This document shows, in pieces, positions 25,073-37,671 of a stretch of DNA of 64,000 nt (within the stretch, counting starts at the first letter, position 1; each line of letters starts with the position of its first letter). The stretch is from Callorhinchus milii (taxonomy: Eukaryota): contig NW_024704742.1 in the NCBI RefSeq assembly GCF_018977255.1, positions 90,150,001-90,214,000 on the forward strand. Direction: 5' to 3'. The position numbers and the translations under genes were made by a program. The notes beneath the pieces are model-generated. The model was not told the origin of the DNA. It searched no databases and was given only the letters and a program-made list of their open reading frames with translations.

Positions 25073-26429
25073 TGTGAGTGAGAGATGTGAGGGAGAGATG
25101 TGAGGGAGAAAAGAGAGCTGAGACTCAAACCCAACAACTAGACCTTGCTGATTTGACGTTTTGGTGCAATTTGCCAAATGCTGGATATTCTAAAATGCTA
25201 CGTTAACAGAGCAAATCTGGTGGAATGTTACACCACAAACTCAGCAGAATGTATCTTCACCAGAAGCATTGCTTGTCTGAATGCGATATGATGTTGAAGA
25301 AATCAGGAAAAGTCACTGGCATTTTAAGTCATGAGATATTCCAAAGCAAACTGATAATGGCATACACTCAGTCACAATATTGTTGCAATTTGAGAAAATA
25401 ATTTTTATAAACAATCTTCTAATAAACAACATGAAGATTCTAGGTCATTTAATCTCCTCAAATCATTGTACCAGTGCTCATTGTTTGTAAGGGGCAACCT
25501 GTTTACATTGTATAGTTAGAGTACGACATGCAGCTTGACATACTCTGTCTACAAGTATTCCCACTGCCTTTGAACTTGATCAAAACTGCATGTTCCTAAT
25601 TTTTTTGTATTCTTGACCTCTGAAAAATATTTCTAATTTTTGGCTCATGTTATGTAAAATAACCTGAAGGAAAACAGCTTGATCTGTCCCTTGCTAAATG
25701 GCTTCAAAAAGACCAATTATGAAGCATAATACCTTTTCACTATATTTGGAAAAGATACATCGGGAAAATGTTTTTGAAAGATGGTTCTAATTTGCAATTA
25801 GGCATTTCTAAACGGGAAGATTCTTTTATTAATTACAGCTTGTCAGTATTTATTATGTCAAAACATATAGCATAGAAATGATCATTTATTCATTTGCTTA
25901 ATATATTCTGCAAAATCAAAACTCCACACAAATTTTTTTTCCCAAAGTGCCTTTGATAAAGAATGGTTTCTTCTAACTCTTTATGTAAAACTAAACTAGA
26001 GATTTTAATTAAACATGATTGAAAGTCTGGTATTAATTGTCTTCACATACTTTCTACCCAAAGCTATCCGTTACAGTAAAAAACTAATTAACGGCAGATA
26101 CGTAAGTTAAAACTGCATGGCTATTAAAAGCTGATGAACATTGTAAAATTATGTTATTAATTCCATCAGGATTTTTTGACAGAAACATGACATTGCTAAA
26201 GTCACTGAGCAGATATTCCACTGAAAATGGCAACTTCAACAGCAACCGTTTCAAAGCATTAAAAGATTTTTCTTCTATTTCATTTTGTACTATTGGGGCT
26301 AAAAAGTGCCACCTGTTATGCGGTAGCCACCAGGACCTTGGGATGTGAAAGACGCTGTACCAATGTAATTTATTGTTGTTGTTCACAATTATCCCCTGAA
26401 CAAAGGATGCAATCATAAACAGTCAATAA

Positions 26430-27265
26430 TAGTAAGAACCGTTGCATTTATTGCAGTGCCTATAACATCAAAACATCTCAAAGCACTTCACAGGGACTCC
26501 GCACTTTGTAGGTGATTGAGCCAATTTGTGCACAACAATAGCCTACAAACAGCCATGAAGTGAATGATCAATTGATCTGCCTAATTGTTGGCCAGGACAG
26601 TGGGAGAAATTCCTTCCTTTTCTCAAATAGTACCATGGGATCTTTAACTTCTACCTGAGCAGGCAGACGTGACCTCTGATACATTCAGTGTTAGCCCAAT
26701 ATTACACCAGAGCCTTGATTATGTGTTCAACAACCCTCAAGCAGGGTAGCATCCTAGAGCGCTTGACAGTGGCGGAGCACGACTCTGAGCTGCGGGGAGG
26801 TGACTGTAGGCACGGTTGAAGAGGAAGGTCTTAAGGGCACAATCTGAAGATGGGGAAGGAGAGATAGAGGAAGAGTGTTCCAGAGTTTCAGAGTGCCACG
26901 AAGGGTACGAGGAACATATAAGAGGCCGGAGCCAGTCGAGTGGAGACAGCAGGTAGTGGGTTGGGGAGTAAGCAGGTCAGGGAGGTAGGGAGGTGCCAGA
27001 GCATGAAGGGATTTGAAAACTAGTGTGAGGATCTTGAAGTCAATTTGTTTGGCGATAAGGAGCCAGTGGAGCCTGGCGAGAACTGATGTGATAGGGGTAC
27101 AGAGTTTAGTATGGGTGAGAATGTGGGCAGCAGAGTTTTGAATCAGCTGAATTTTGTGGATGGTAGAGCTGGGGAGACCGGCGAAGAGGGCATTTGAATA
27201 GTTGAGGCAGGAGGTGACAAACGCAAAGTCTTAATGTTCAAAGTCTCAATGAACCCACAACCACA
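26430..27265 (-). mobile_element. Old Deu-SINE (about 26430-26730) with an L2 fragment (about 26735-27225) in its 5' part
   Basis: tagtaccatgggatctttaac Deu motif; L2 gaggatcttgaagtc...ggagccagtggagcctggcgag. Confidence 0.75.
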
Positions 27266-28067
27266 ATGAAGGTGGGGCTCCAAAACTGGCTTTAAAATTC
27301 TGACCACCACCATCTTAGTGTTTAATGATAATCCTTGTTGTTTCTGATTGCCAAGGTAGCATTTCAGTGCTGCTGCACCAAAGACTGGCTCTACCTTGGA
27401 GCTGAGGTGTTAAGTCACTGTTGCACATACTAGTTCTCTTGCTGGAGATGGTAGGCTATTTGCCATGAGCTCTTTCCCAAAGAGCACTTTTCCAAGATAT
27501 CCACTTCGATGTTAGTAGAACACTGCAGCTCTGAGGAAATGCCACTTCTTGTCCATTTACAATGAAAAATATTCAATAAGAGGCAAAAGGCAGCAAAGCA
27601 CAATCAAAGGATATGCACCAGTTACATATTCAAATATAATTGAAACAGTAAGTTCTTCCTATTGCACAATCAACAAACGCCACAAGCTTCAAAAGGATGA
27701 AGCTCACGGATATAGAATTACAACTTGATGGCATCTATCTGACTAATTCAGGAAACATGCTCATGTTAAGTGAATAATTCAGATAACTGATTGCATTTTA
27801 GTTCCAATAATTCTTTGGGATTAGATCATAGTAAATCACCAATGAAACAGGCAATGGAGTAATTTTATGCACATAGTGAATTGCAAGAGATCTGACTATC
27901 CAAGTTTGTCTGTTCAGTGAATGATGCTTGACTAAACAGCCTCTGACTGTTAGTGAGAATGCAGGCAATTCTTATGGCAATGCCAATGCTTTATGCTACC
28001 CAACAGTAAATGTGCTGACAAAGTAGACAAAGATGTGGTAATGTAGATTTCCATGACTGGAGTGATT

Positions 28068-28750
28068 TTCTTTTGGTCAGCCGAGTGTCTGATACATCCC
28101 ATTACCATGCTTAAGAGCATCCAAAACCAAACTGAGAATTACATGCATCCCACCTACACATGGAAATTCCAGAGAGAGATTGTTGGAATGGAATGTGTAC
28201 TCTCTCCCTGGAGAGACACATCTTGCTTACCTATTTCCAGAAAGTAAAAGGTGCAGGTTGGCAAGAGCCAAGGCTTGGGAACCCCAGATTGTGCATTGGG
28301 GTACTGTTGGAGTCTAACCAGCTAAAACCACATAGCATGCCATTGATATTGTTGTCTGGCAAACTTTCCCACTGCTTGTCCAGCTAGAACCACCATTAGG
28401 GCTTTGGCTTGCAGTCTTAACAGGAGCTGAATGGGATGATACCCTGACCCAATGACTGGTCTGCCTTTCCATGTCCTGCCCATGAGCCAGACTGGATTTA
28501 CTGTCATCAGCAGTGCCCTGGAATACTGCAGACCCACCTGGATCAGGAACTGGACTGCCAAGACTACCACAGAGGGCTAACTCAATTCCGATATTCCGTT
28601 GCCAAGCATGTCAACTTGGAGCCAGTTCTGTTCCAAGGAGACTCTGTTACCTCCCTCCCCCCCCCACCCGGACGAAAGTCACTGGAGTGCCCATTAGTAT
28701 GAACTGCCGATAAGCAGCTTCACTCAATGTTAAGTATCAATGTGCCTTAG
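28068..28750 (-). repeat. Unclassified ~680-bp A-tailed repeat, long copy
   Basis: Collinear antisense match to 38090-38772 over about 600 bp. Confidence 0.85.
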
Positions 28751-28827
28751 TTCCTACAAGACATGTAAGCAAAAATCAGCCTGATGAAATGATTGATGCG
28801 AAATTAATATTCAATACGGAAGAGTTG

Positions 28828-29200
28828 TAATAATAATCCTTGCATTTGATATAGCGCCTTATCACGTCTTTGAGATGTCGTAAAGTGCTTCACAGAATAT
28901 ACTGTAAAGTGAATTGACTGTATATTTTGTGGGCAAAATGCCGCAGCCAATTGCGCACAGGAGTGTCCCACAAACAGTCGTGGATTGAAGTGAACAATTT
29001 ATTATTATTATTATTTTGAAACCGTTATTACCCCTGGAAAGTGATCCACCAATTGACTAACACCTAGGTTCCTACTTACTGCTGGGTAAACAGAGTCGTG
29101 TGGAGTAAGGAAACTTGCCCAAGGTTTCACCCTGCCGGGAATCGAACCCAGGTCTCTCGCTTGCGAGGCGAGTGCTCTAACCACTGAGCTACAGGTCTCC
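28828..29200 (-). mobile_element. tRNA-Ala-derived SINE, long subfamily, full length
   Basis: Canonical B box GGTTCGATTCC, anticodon-like loop CTCGCAA, internal ctgtttacccagcagtaagtaggaacc segment. Confidence 0.92.
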
Positions 29201-29594
29201 AAGTTGTACAATACAACTTCAGAAATAAAACTCCTGCTCCCAGCAAAAACTACACATGCACAGAAAACATCTTGACAGATCAAAGCAGTTACAGTCAAAA
29301 GCATCTAAAATATTCAAGTAGCACAGAAAAGATACCACTGATATTCTAATAAATTACTGTATTATATGGGTTTGGGCCAACTACCCTTTAAGTCCTTTAA
29401 GTCAGCTTTAACCTTTAATTTGTTACCTATTCATCAAAAGTCCTGATTGTCTTTAAATATATATATATAATTAATGGGACCAGATGGCCAAATTCTCACA
29501 ATGCTTTTTCACTTCTGAGACTTGGTTTGAATGTAACCCTGAGTTTTGAATAATAATGACAATCCTTGCATTTGATATAGAGCCTTATCTATAA

Positions 29595-30000
29595 GACAAT
29601 GAGGGGTTTGCACCCAAGCTGTAGGCTGGGATCAGAGAGGACTGGAAGGAAAGGAGGGTGGAGGAAGGAAGATGACAAAAAGCATGGTTGAAAAGGAAGG
29701 TTTTGAGATGGGCCTTGAAGGAGGCAAGGAAGCGGGAAAGGTGAGTAGCTCTGGGATGGAGTTCTAGAAGGGCTAATGGCCTGACCACTGAAGGTGGAGC
29801 AGGCAGGGTGGGAGATGTGGAGGAGGCCTTGGGACGTCCTCCCGACGTGAAAGGCCCTCTATAAATGGAATCTTGTTGTTGTTGTTGCTGAGGCCAATGC
29901 TGGCAGAACATAGGGAGCGGACAGGTTGGTAAAGTTTTAATAGGTCACAGAAGTAGGGAGAATCAATACTGTGGAGTGCTTTAAAAGTGAGGACCACAGG
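29595..30000 (-). mobile_element. Old L2 fragment containing a ~60-bp young L2 tail in opposite orientation (29829-29889)
   Basis: VLTFKALHSIDSPY and SFKAHLKTFLF frames; GAGGCC on both sides of the insert. Confidence 0.85.
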
Positions 30001-30750
30001 ATGGTAGGTGTGAGAGGTGTAAAACGTTACACTGGTGAGGTCAGGTCTGAGGCATATGCTTGGGACAGTCAGCTTTTTCTACATCTAACAGCACTGACCT
30101 AGATCTGGTAGTGATTCAATGTTCACAGTAGGTTCTTGATATGGAAAAGTATTCAATTTCCCAGGAATAACATCCCTCGCCTTGTTAAAAAGTCTTTTCG
30201 GAAAAAAAATAACTGTGATCCACATATGAGTGTCTGTGGCATTTGAAAATCCTCTAAGCAAGGTCTTAAATGGGAAAACATGGCTTCCAAGATACACATT
30301 TTTAAAATCCAAATCATTAAAACTTTGCTCTGTGAGTTTAAATGTTGCTTAAAGGGACTCAGTCTTTGTGGAAATGTGTTTGGCAAACCTTTGTTTTGCC
30401 CACAAAATACATGTTTTATTTCAGGAGGGAGAAGAGCCATACATCATACATTTTCACTGCAACGATTCGAATGTGATGGAACCGCTATATTTGCATTCAA
30501 TTTAAATCATCCTATTTTGCCTTTGCAAACAAAATTAAAATCCATGGGTCAAACATTTGTTTCCATGAAGATGATTCTCCAATTTACAGTAAAACTTTAG
30601 ATTGTGTAAATGCAGAACAGTTGCCCGAGTGGAGGTTACAGTTAAAAGCTGTAAAGGGCTGTCAATGGGGGACTACCATTGTAGTCAATTATTATTAATA
30701 TTAATAATAATTATGAATTAATAATTAATATTAATAATAATTAATATTGT

Positions 30751-31545
30751 AGATCATGGATGAAACCAAAGCTGTTTCCACTCTGTATAGCACAGTTCCA
30801 GATTAATCAAAATTCTTAACAACTGAGACATTGAGGTTTCCTTGCCATCACCTTTAAAACTAATTGGAAGAAACCTCACCTGGGTCTAGATCTACTATGC
30901 AGGAGAGGTGAAAACTATTTCAGTCATTAGTTTGTTCTCTGGCTCACCATAGAGTGACATTTTGACAAGTTTATGGTTATGTGATCAGCTGCATTGCTTC
31001 CTGTATCACTCTCCAACACATTGAATGATATTCCTGAGGACTTCAGTCAGAACCACTTCACTGTTTCACTTGACCATCTTTATTCAATTGTTTTCATAAC
31101 CCCCAACTATGTTCTCTCCTCCTGTGCTCAAAGTGATGATTTTTAAGGCTTTACGTGCCTATTCGAATCTCACTCTCTGCATAAAAATTCTTCATGAACA
31201 AACTTAGATAGTCAATGTCAGCAAGCCCATTTCACCCTACAATCAAGCCTAATCCTATTCCCACATGTATACTTCCCAACAAGGGCCAATGGAGAAAGAT
31301 CAGGAGCAGAAGCCTTGGATGATCATGGATCAGATTAACGCAATAAAAGCCATTGATCAAACTAACTCAATGAAGAATAGAGAAATTAATTTAGTGAAGA
31401 TCATGGATGAAACCAAAGTTGTTGCCACTCTGTATAGTACAGTTCCAGATTAATCAAAATTCTTAACAACTGAGACATTGAGGTTTCCTTGCCATCACCT
31501 TTAAAACTCTAATTGGAAGAAACCCCACCTGGGTCTAGATTTACT
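30751..31545 (+). repeat. Local ~146-bp direct duplication (30751-30896 and 31398-31545)
   Basis: agatcatggatgaaaccaaag...cacctgggtctagat(c/t)tact occurs twice, with a few substitutions and one 2-bp indel. Confidence 0.95.
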
Positions 31546-31727
31546 CTTATTTTTACAACATTTTAGAGCATCCAGAATTTGGCAGATCTCTAAATTCAGT
31601 CTTAAAGTTGAAGCTGTTTTTCGATAGTTATTGAAAGAAATTTGCAGAAAAAAACGCTGCAAAATTCTGGACACTGCAATTCTACCGAAATAAAGTCAAT
31701 TTAGACCCAGAGGGAATTTCTCACCAC
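31516..31727. mobile_element. Palindromic MITE family copy
   Basis: gaaaccccacctgggtctaga ... tttagacccagagggaatttc inverted ends; inner tccagaattt / aaattctgga. Confidence 0.75.
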
Positions 31728-32814
31728 TTTATAGTCGGCAAATGCAGGCAATGCTGAACCCCTCACCTGCAGGTATGTAACTAGTCAAGGTACAACAATC
31801 ACCTCATTTAAAACTGGGGATGGAATGAGTTACAAGCCACAACACAATTCGGAGTAAGATATTCAGATGCCTTCGCATAACAGTCAATGGTTTCCTGTTC
31901 ATGAGGTCACCTGAACCCTTCATTCACAGTGCAGCCTTAAACATGCTCCAGCCTGATTGTACTTCTATACATAACATTGAGCTCCTAAACTCTTGGCTCT
32001 TTGCCATGCTAAAACACTCCAACATGCTCGCTCATGGGAGGAAGCCTCAGTATGACTCACTCAAAGTTGAGATGGCTACCTCTTTCTGGTATTATAAACT
32101 TAGACTGAAGACAATGAACATTTTCCTCAGTTTATAAGTACATTGGACTTATTGGAAGAGTTGATCTTGTATTAATTAAAGATTCCTCTTTACACAGAGT
32201 TTCAGGTCAAGCACAAAGTGATACACATCAAACCTGATGTTAGCCACTTATGTGGTGCAGAACATCTGTTGAATTTTCAGGAGATGTCACTTCAAGTTTC
32301 CAGTCAAACCGTCATTTGTGTCCTGACAGCTTCTTGATGTTTAACCATTTTTGTCAGATTTTGTATAGTTGGTTCAGCAATTTCTGGTAACATGAACCGT
32401 GGCTAATTAACTTCAGTGTCCTATGTTAGCAAGACAGGTTTTCATTAAAAGGCCTTCTGAAAGAGTGTTTGGCAACTCCATTCCAGTGTGCTTCAGCTGT
32501 GTATCACCACAATCAGCCCACAACAACAACAAATTACATTTATATAGAGCCTGTCACATCGGAAGGACATCCCAAACCAAGAAACCCAATGATGCTATTT
32601 ACATTCTGTGGTGCATCTGCAAACACAAAACAAAAGCTTTGTCCAAAATATTTTCAGGGCAACACGTGCTCCTTCTACAGCACAAAGTATTTGAACATTT
32701 TCACCAAAGAAGTGCCACCTGCTGGATCTTACAATGCATCACATTACAAAATATCCATTTTACATCAAGCTGAAGAGGCCAATTCTGCTAATGTTTCACC
32801 AACAAAATACTTAG

Positions 32815-33325
32815 TCAATAGCAACTTGCATTTTTACAGCACCCATCACACAGGGTAGCATCTCAGAGCTCTTAACAGTGGCAGATCCTGACACCAAGGT
32901 GGGGGTGGGAGGAAAGGGGTGACCGTAAGCAAAGTCAAAAAGGAAGGTGTTTAGATGTGATCTGGAAAAGGTAAAGGAGGGGCAAGGCAGAGGAATTGAG
33001 GGAGAGTTCCAAAATTTCAGCTTGTAGTGGCTTAAAGTACAGCCGCAGATGGTGGAGCAGATGGGAAGAGGGACAATCAGGAAACCAGAGCCAGCCGAGC
33101 AAATGTGTTGGGTGTAAAGGGGGAGTAAGCAGGTTTGAGAGATAGAGCGGTGCCAGGAGTTTGCAGACGAGTATGAGGATCTTTAAGTCAATCAGTTCTG
33201 TGATAAGGAGCCAGTGGAGAGCCTAGTGAGGTCTGGTGCAATGGGGTATGGAATTTAGAATGGGTGAGTATACGGGCAGAGGAGTTTTGAATTAGTTGGA
33301 TTTTGTGGATATTGGAGCTGGGGAG
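32815..33325 (-). mobile_element. Old L2 fragment
   Basis: gaggatctttaagtc...ggagccagtggag...gagttttgaattagttggattttg. Confidence 0.8.
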
Positions 33326-34809
33326 ATAAACATATTATTTTGTCTGTTGTTTTGCAATATTCTTCTATTGATATATACACACCACTCCAACATCTCAAGA
33401 TTAATTTGGACAGAATCATCTTTAATGGCGTTTCTTCACAGTGTTGTCCTTTTGCTCCTGCAGTATTGTGCTCAATTGCTCAATTTTGTTTTCACAAGTC
33501 CTATCAGGTTAATGATTTCTGTGTAGGATACTAAAGTCTGGACACTGTTCATTTTTATCTATGATCTATACCCATGGCTTTAGCTTTCCTTCCATTTTTG
33601 GTGTTGTGACTGTTTCCAGCAAAGCATCTTTTTGGTTTGTCAAAATGTTGAATAATAACGTAAGCACAGACTGGGAGATATTTGGCTTTCATGGTCTCTT
33701 TCTAGATTATAATAATAATAAGAATAATAATCCTTGCATTTGATCTAGCAACGTGCTTCACAGAATGTATTGTAAAATGAATTGATCTTGCATTTTGTGG
33801 GCGAAACACAGAGGCCATTTAATACACTTTGACATCCATTACCAAACATTCCAACAATGATAGTTATACAGTATATCGCACATTTCATGTAAAATAAATG
33901 CCTCAAAGCCCTTTACTGAATGAGATTAATTACAAGTGAAGTGAATGCTGTTATGAAGGCAAATAATCTGCGACAGTCACATCCTACATGCTTTACAACA
34001 AATGATAGGCCTCATTGGGATAGTAGCTTTGAATATTTGTGAGCACATTTTGCTTTAATGGTTTAACTTACTGCTAACATTAATTTAGGATATCAGTTTA
34101 TGGGAACCACAACCTTTACATGCAAGCATTACTATGACCCTTAACAATCAGGTCAATAGCTCCTATAACTAATAGAGCAACCCCTCTCCCCATATCATGA
34201 ATTGTTGGAGGAGAAATATCCCATCATGTGTAGTCTGTGTGGTATCAGGTATGCCCGGAGTTGGAGGAGTCTGAACTTGGCATTCAGTTTGGTTTGTTTG
34301 GCATTCATCCAAATAACTTTCAGAACATAGAGTACTGTGTGTAATATTGGATGCAATGCTTATTAAAAGATGTACAGGAATTGGACTGAACGGCATTCAA
34401 GAAAGGATGGTATCAATTATCGAGCTATGAAAAGAGACTAAGGAAGCCAATTTAATCTTATTGAAAAAAGATTAAGTGGGTGGATTTCTGGCACAAACAA
34501 AGTGTCTCAACCTCCTAAATATGTAATGTCTTCAAAGTATGTAAAAGTATGCCAGCAGAATCAGTGAACCAATATGCAGCTCTTCAGATATAGTGAACAA
34601 AATGTACGAATACCAAATCAGATGAATTAAATGCATGTCAAATTAAGTAAAATAATTAAAAAATTACATCAAATGGGGAAAATGCTCTTTTGGGTTAGAG
34701 AAGTTCGAAAGTGAAATTGTTTCCCGAATTTAGAAAAAAATCCACCAAGATTTTCCCACTTCTGATCACTATTGAGTGACTCCCTGCTAATAAAAGGACT
34801 ACAGAGAAA

Positions 34810-35465
34810 CTTCCTCTGGTGGGAGAAACCAAAACAGGGAGACATAATCTTAAAATTAGTGCTAGGCCATTTACGAGTGAAATCAGGAAACATTTTTTTC
34901 ATGCAAAGGGTAATGGAAATCTGGAACACTCCACCAAAAGGCTGTGGATGCTGGGTCCATTCAAATTTTCAAGACTGAGGTGGATAGACTTTTGTTAGGT
35001 AAGGGTATCAAGGTATATGGAGCAAAGGTCCTGCAGGAGTCCTGTAACTCAGTGGTTAGAGGACTTGCCTCACAAAAGAGAGACTTGGGTTTGATTCCTG
35101 GCAGATCAAAACCTTGGGCAAGTTTCCATACTCTACACGCCTGATAATAATCCCTCAAGAAAAAAAACAATAATAAAATTAGCCACTTCAATACACGACT
35201 GTTTGTAGTACATTGCTGTGCGCAATTGGCTGCTGGTTTCGCCCTCAAATATACAGTCAATCCACTTTACAGTATATTCTGTGAAGCACTTTGAGACAGC
35301 TAGAAGATGTGAAAAGCGCTATATCAAATGCAAGGATTATTATTTATTATTGTACAATGTGGGTAAATGGAGTTGAGGTAAAGATTAGCCATGATCTAAT
35401 AGAATTGTGAAACAGGCTTGAGAGGCCTGAATAGCCTACTCTTGTTCCTATTCTCCTATGTATCT
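34810..35465 (+). mobile_element. CR1 3' end split by a SINE
   Basis: NIFFMQRVMEIWN motif, FKTEVDRLL; 3' UTR resumes at about 35360 (agccatgatct...gcctactcttgttcctat). Confidence 0.85.
35036..35351 (+). mobile_element. tRNA-SINE, short form, inserted in CR1
   Basis: ggagtcctgtaactcagtggttagag head through (TTA)n tail. Confidence 0.9.
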
Positions 35466-36929
35466 ATATATAAAATTGATAATTTCATGGCTGTTCATGA
35501 GACATTGCTGCCTTTGCCTACAAAGTACACTGTGACTACAGCATAGTAATTAGATGGGCTGAAGGGTCTTCTTCATCCAAACCAATCTTGTGATTTTGTG
35601 ATATCCTAGGAAGCACTTTGAGGCATGTCCTGGTGTGAAAAGCACAACAACAAATGGAAGGATTGTTATTGTTATTAGGTGTAGAATTTGAGTTAGGAAA
35701 AAGCTAAGGCTCAGCTATGGTGCTTCTTCCAATTGAATCGCATGTTCACTCTCACTGGCTGGGCTCAGGCACAGAGAAAGGCCACTTAAGTTGATACCAA
35801 GAGGGTGCTGTGGCTTGTGGACTTCCACCTTTAGTATCTTCAGGAGGCGAGAAAACTAAAGGGTTCCTGTTAATCTCACTTTGTGTCTCTATTGTGTAAC
35901 GATCCAAATGTATTTACCAAAGAAAAATTCATTAATTTGTACATTTACTAAGCCAACATTACTCAGCTATAAGAAGCTGAGACCACTGTATTTCCCTGCT
36001 ACTATTCTCCTCAGTTCCTACAACTAAAATTCAAACACTCTGTTGGCCCCAGTAGTTATGAGAGATACAGCCAATTAGGCCCCAAATCTATTTAACTTGA
36101 GTAGTAGATCATGGAGATAATTGACATGTTCCAGTGAAATGGTTTAATATGGCAAAGGGTTCAAATACCATGAGACACAAATTACAATTGAGGAAGTTAA
36201 GAGTAGGATGGACCTTGTTTTACACAGAAGGTCATAAACTAATGGAATAAGCTACAGGGGAAGCCTTTTGAAATAGATGGGTTTCTAGAGAAAGAATAAA
36301 TCGAGGGATATGGTGAGAAGAGGATGAATGGAGTTGAGACCTAACAAGAAATGAGCCTGTTGAGTCCAGTAGCCGTTTCCTGCTCCAGGGAGCCACTGTT
36401 GGTCCAACAGGGTCACTCCCATCCAATCTTTCTCTTGCATCACAACTTCATCTCATTGTAGACACAAGACGAAAAACAATGATTTCTAGTTCTTGATTGG
36501 AGAGCAATAAAAATCTGGAGATGTAGATCATGGATTGCTGAAACAGTCTGTTAACATATGTACCAAACTGCCCTCCAGTGCAGTGAACACAGACAGTTGG
36601 TGCAGTCACAGTGCTTTGCACCTCTTGGTTCTGTTATACAATAGCGGATAACCCAAGTTAGACCACAAGTGCAGGGCAATAAAGCATGGACATAATATCC
36701 ACCCAACTATTGGGACTAATAGTAACAAACCAAAAAATCATTTATTCATTTGATTTATATATCTATGTATCTATCTATTTATCTAATTTATTGATTTTAG
36801 TCAGCCATGTGTCTGCCAAAGACCCTTCCTTGTGACCCATTCCAGCTATTAATTACCCTCTAGGTAAAAAAAACTTCCTGGTATCTGTGCTGAAGTTGTC
36901 CTTTGCTACGCTAAACAAACCTTTTTCCT

Positions 36930-37095
36930 AGTCCTCTTTTTCCTCTTCGACCGTGCCTTCGGTCACCTTGCTTCCCCCCTGGCCTCCACCCTCCCCAATG
37001 CCGACCCCTAGCTTAGGTCCGAAACACTGACTGTCCAGGCCTTGGAACATCCTTCTGACATGAAAAGAGCGAAAGTTGTTAGTGTTGTTGTTGTT
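36930..37095 (+). mobile_element. L2 3' tail fragment
   Basis: cctcttcgaccgtgccttcgg...ccttggaacatccttctgacatgaaa...(GTT)n. Confidence 0.82.
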
Positions 37096-37671
37096 CTGCT
37101 GTCTCGATGCATCCTAAAGTATTGGTCTGGGTTTACTTTCTCAATTCAATGACTGTGATTTCACCCATCAATAAATAACCTCCCAGGATTCACCATCCAG
37201 GCTGACAATGTGAGAAGGCCTATTTGAGTAAGGTGCCAAAGGGACGTAAACTTCACTGGATGGCAAGTCATTCCTTTTGGAGGAAAAATTAATGCGTTCC
37301 CACAGTAAAAGGTTCAGTTTAAAGATACTTGATTCTGTTGAGGCTGAATGCTGCCTGATACGGTTCAACAATCCTGTGTGACACATGTAGCTTGCCTAGA
37401 TTCTACATGATCTTGTGAGGAGCTGTATTAGCACCCCTCCCAAAACCAGGGCAATTTTTTATCCCCTTCACATATTCCACAAGTTCAGTACCAAGAATGT
37501 ATTCTACATTTTAAAAAGTCAACAGTGAAAGCCAATATCAATATCCTCCCAAGATTAGCAATAGATTCCTGATTAACCCATAAAGTAGATTAACAGGCAT
37601 TTCAAATCTGTGTGGAGCATTTTTATGTGTTCCTGAGTGCTTTGTTAAGTGAGGATTTGTTTGGATAACAG

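Noticed and set aside
28513..28713. Similar peptides MPWN..DPPGSGT.LPR in ORFs 28513-28713 and 38172-38369
   Set aside because: Explained by nucleotide homology between two repeat copies; non-ATG or arbitrary starts and no known domain
28782..28810. Second hammerhead-like CTGATGA...GAAA
   Set aside because: No stem II pairing between the boxes
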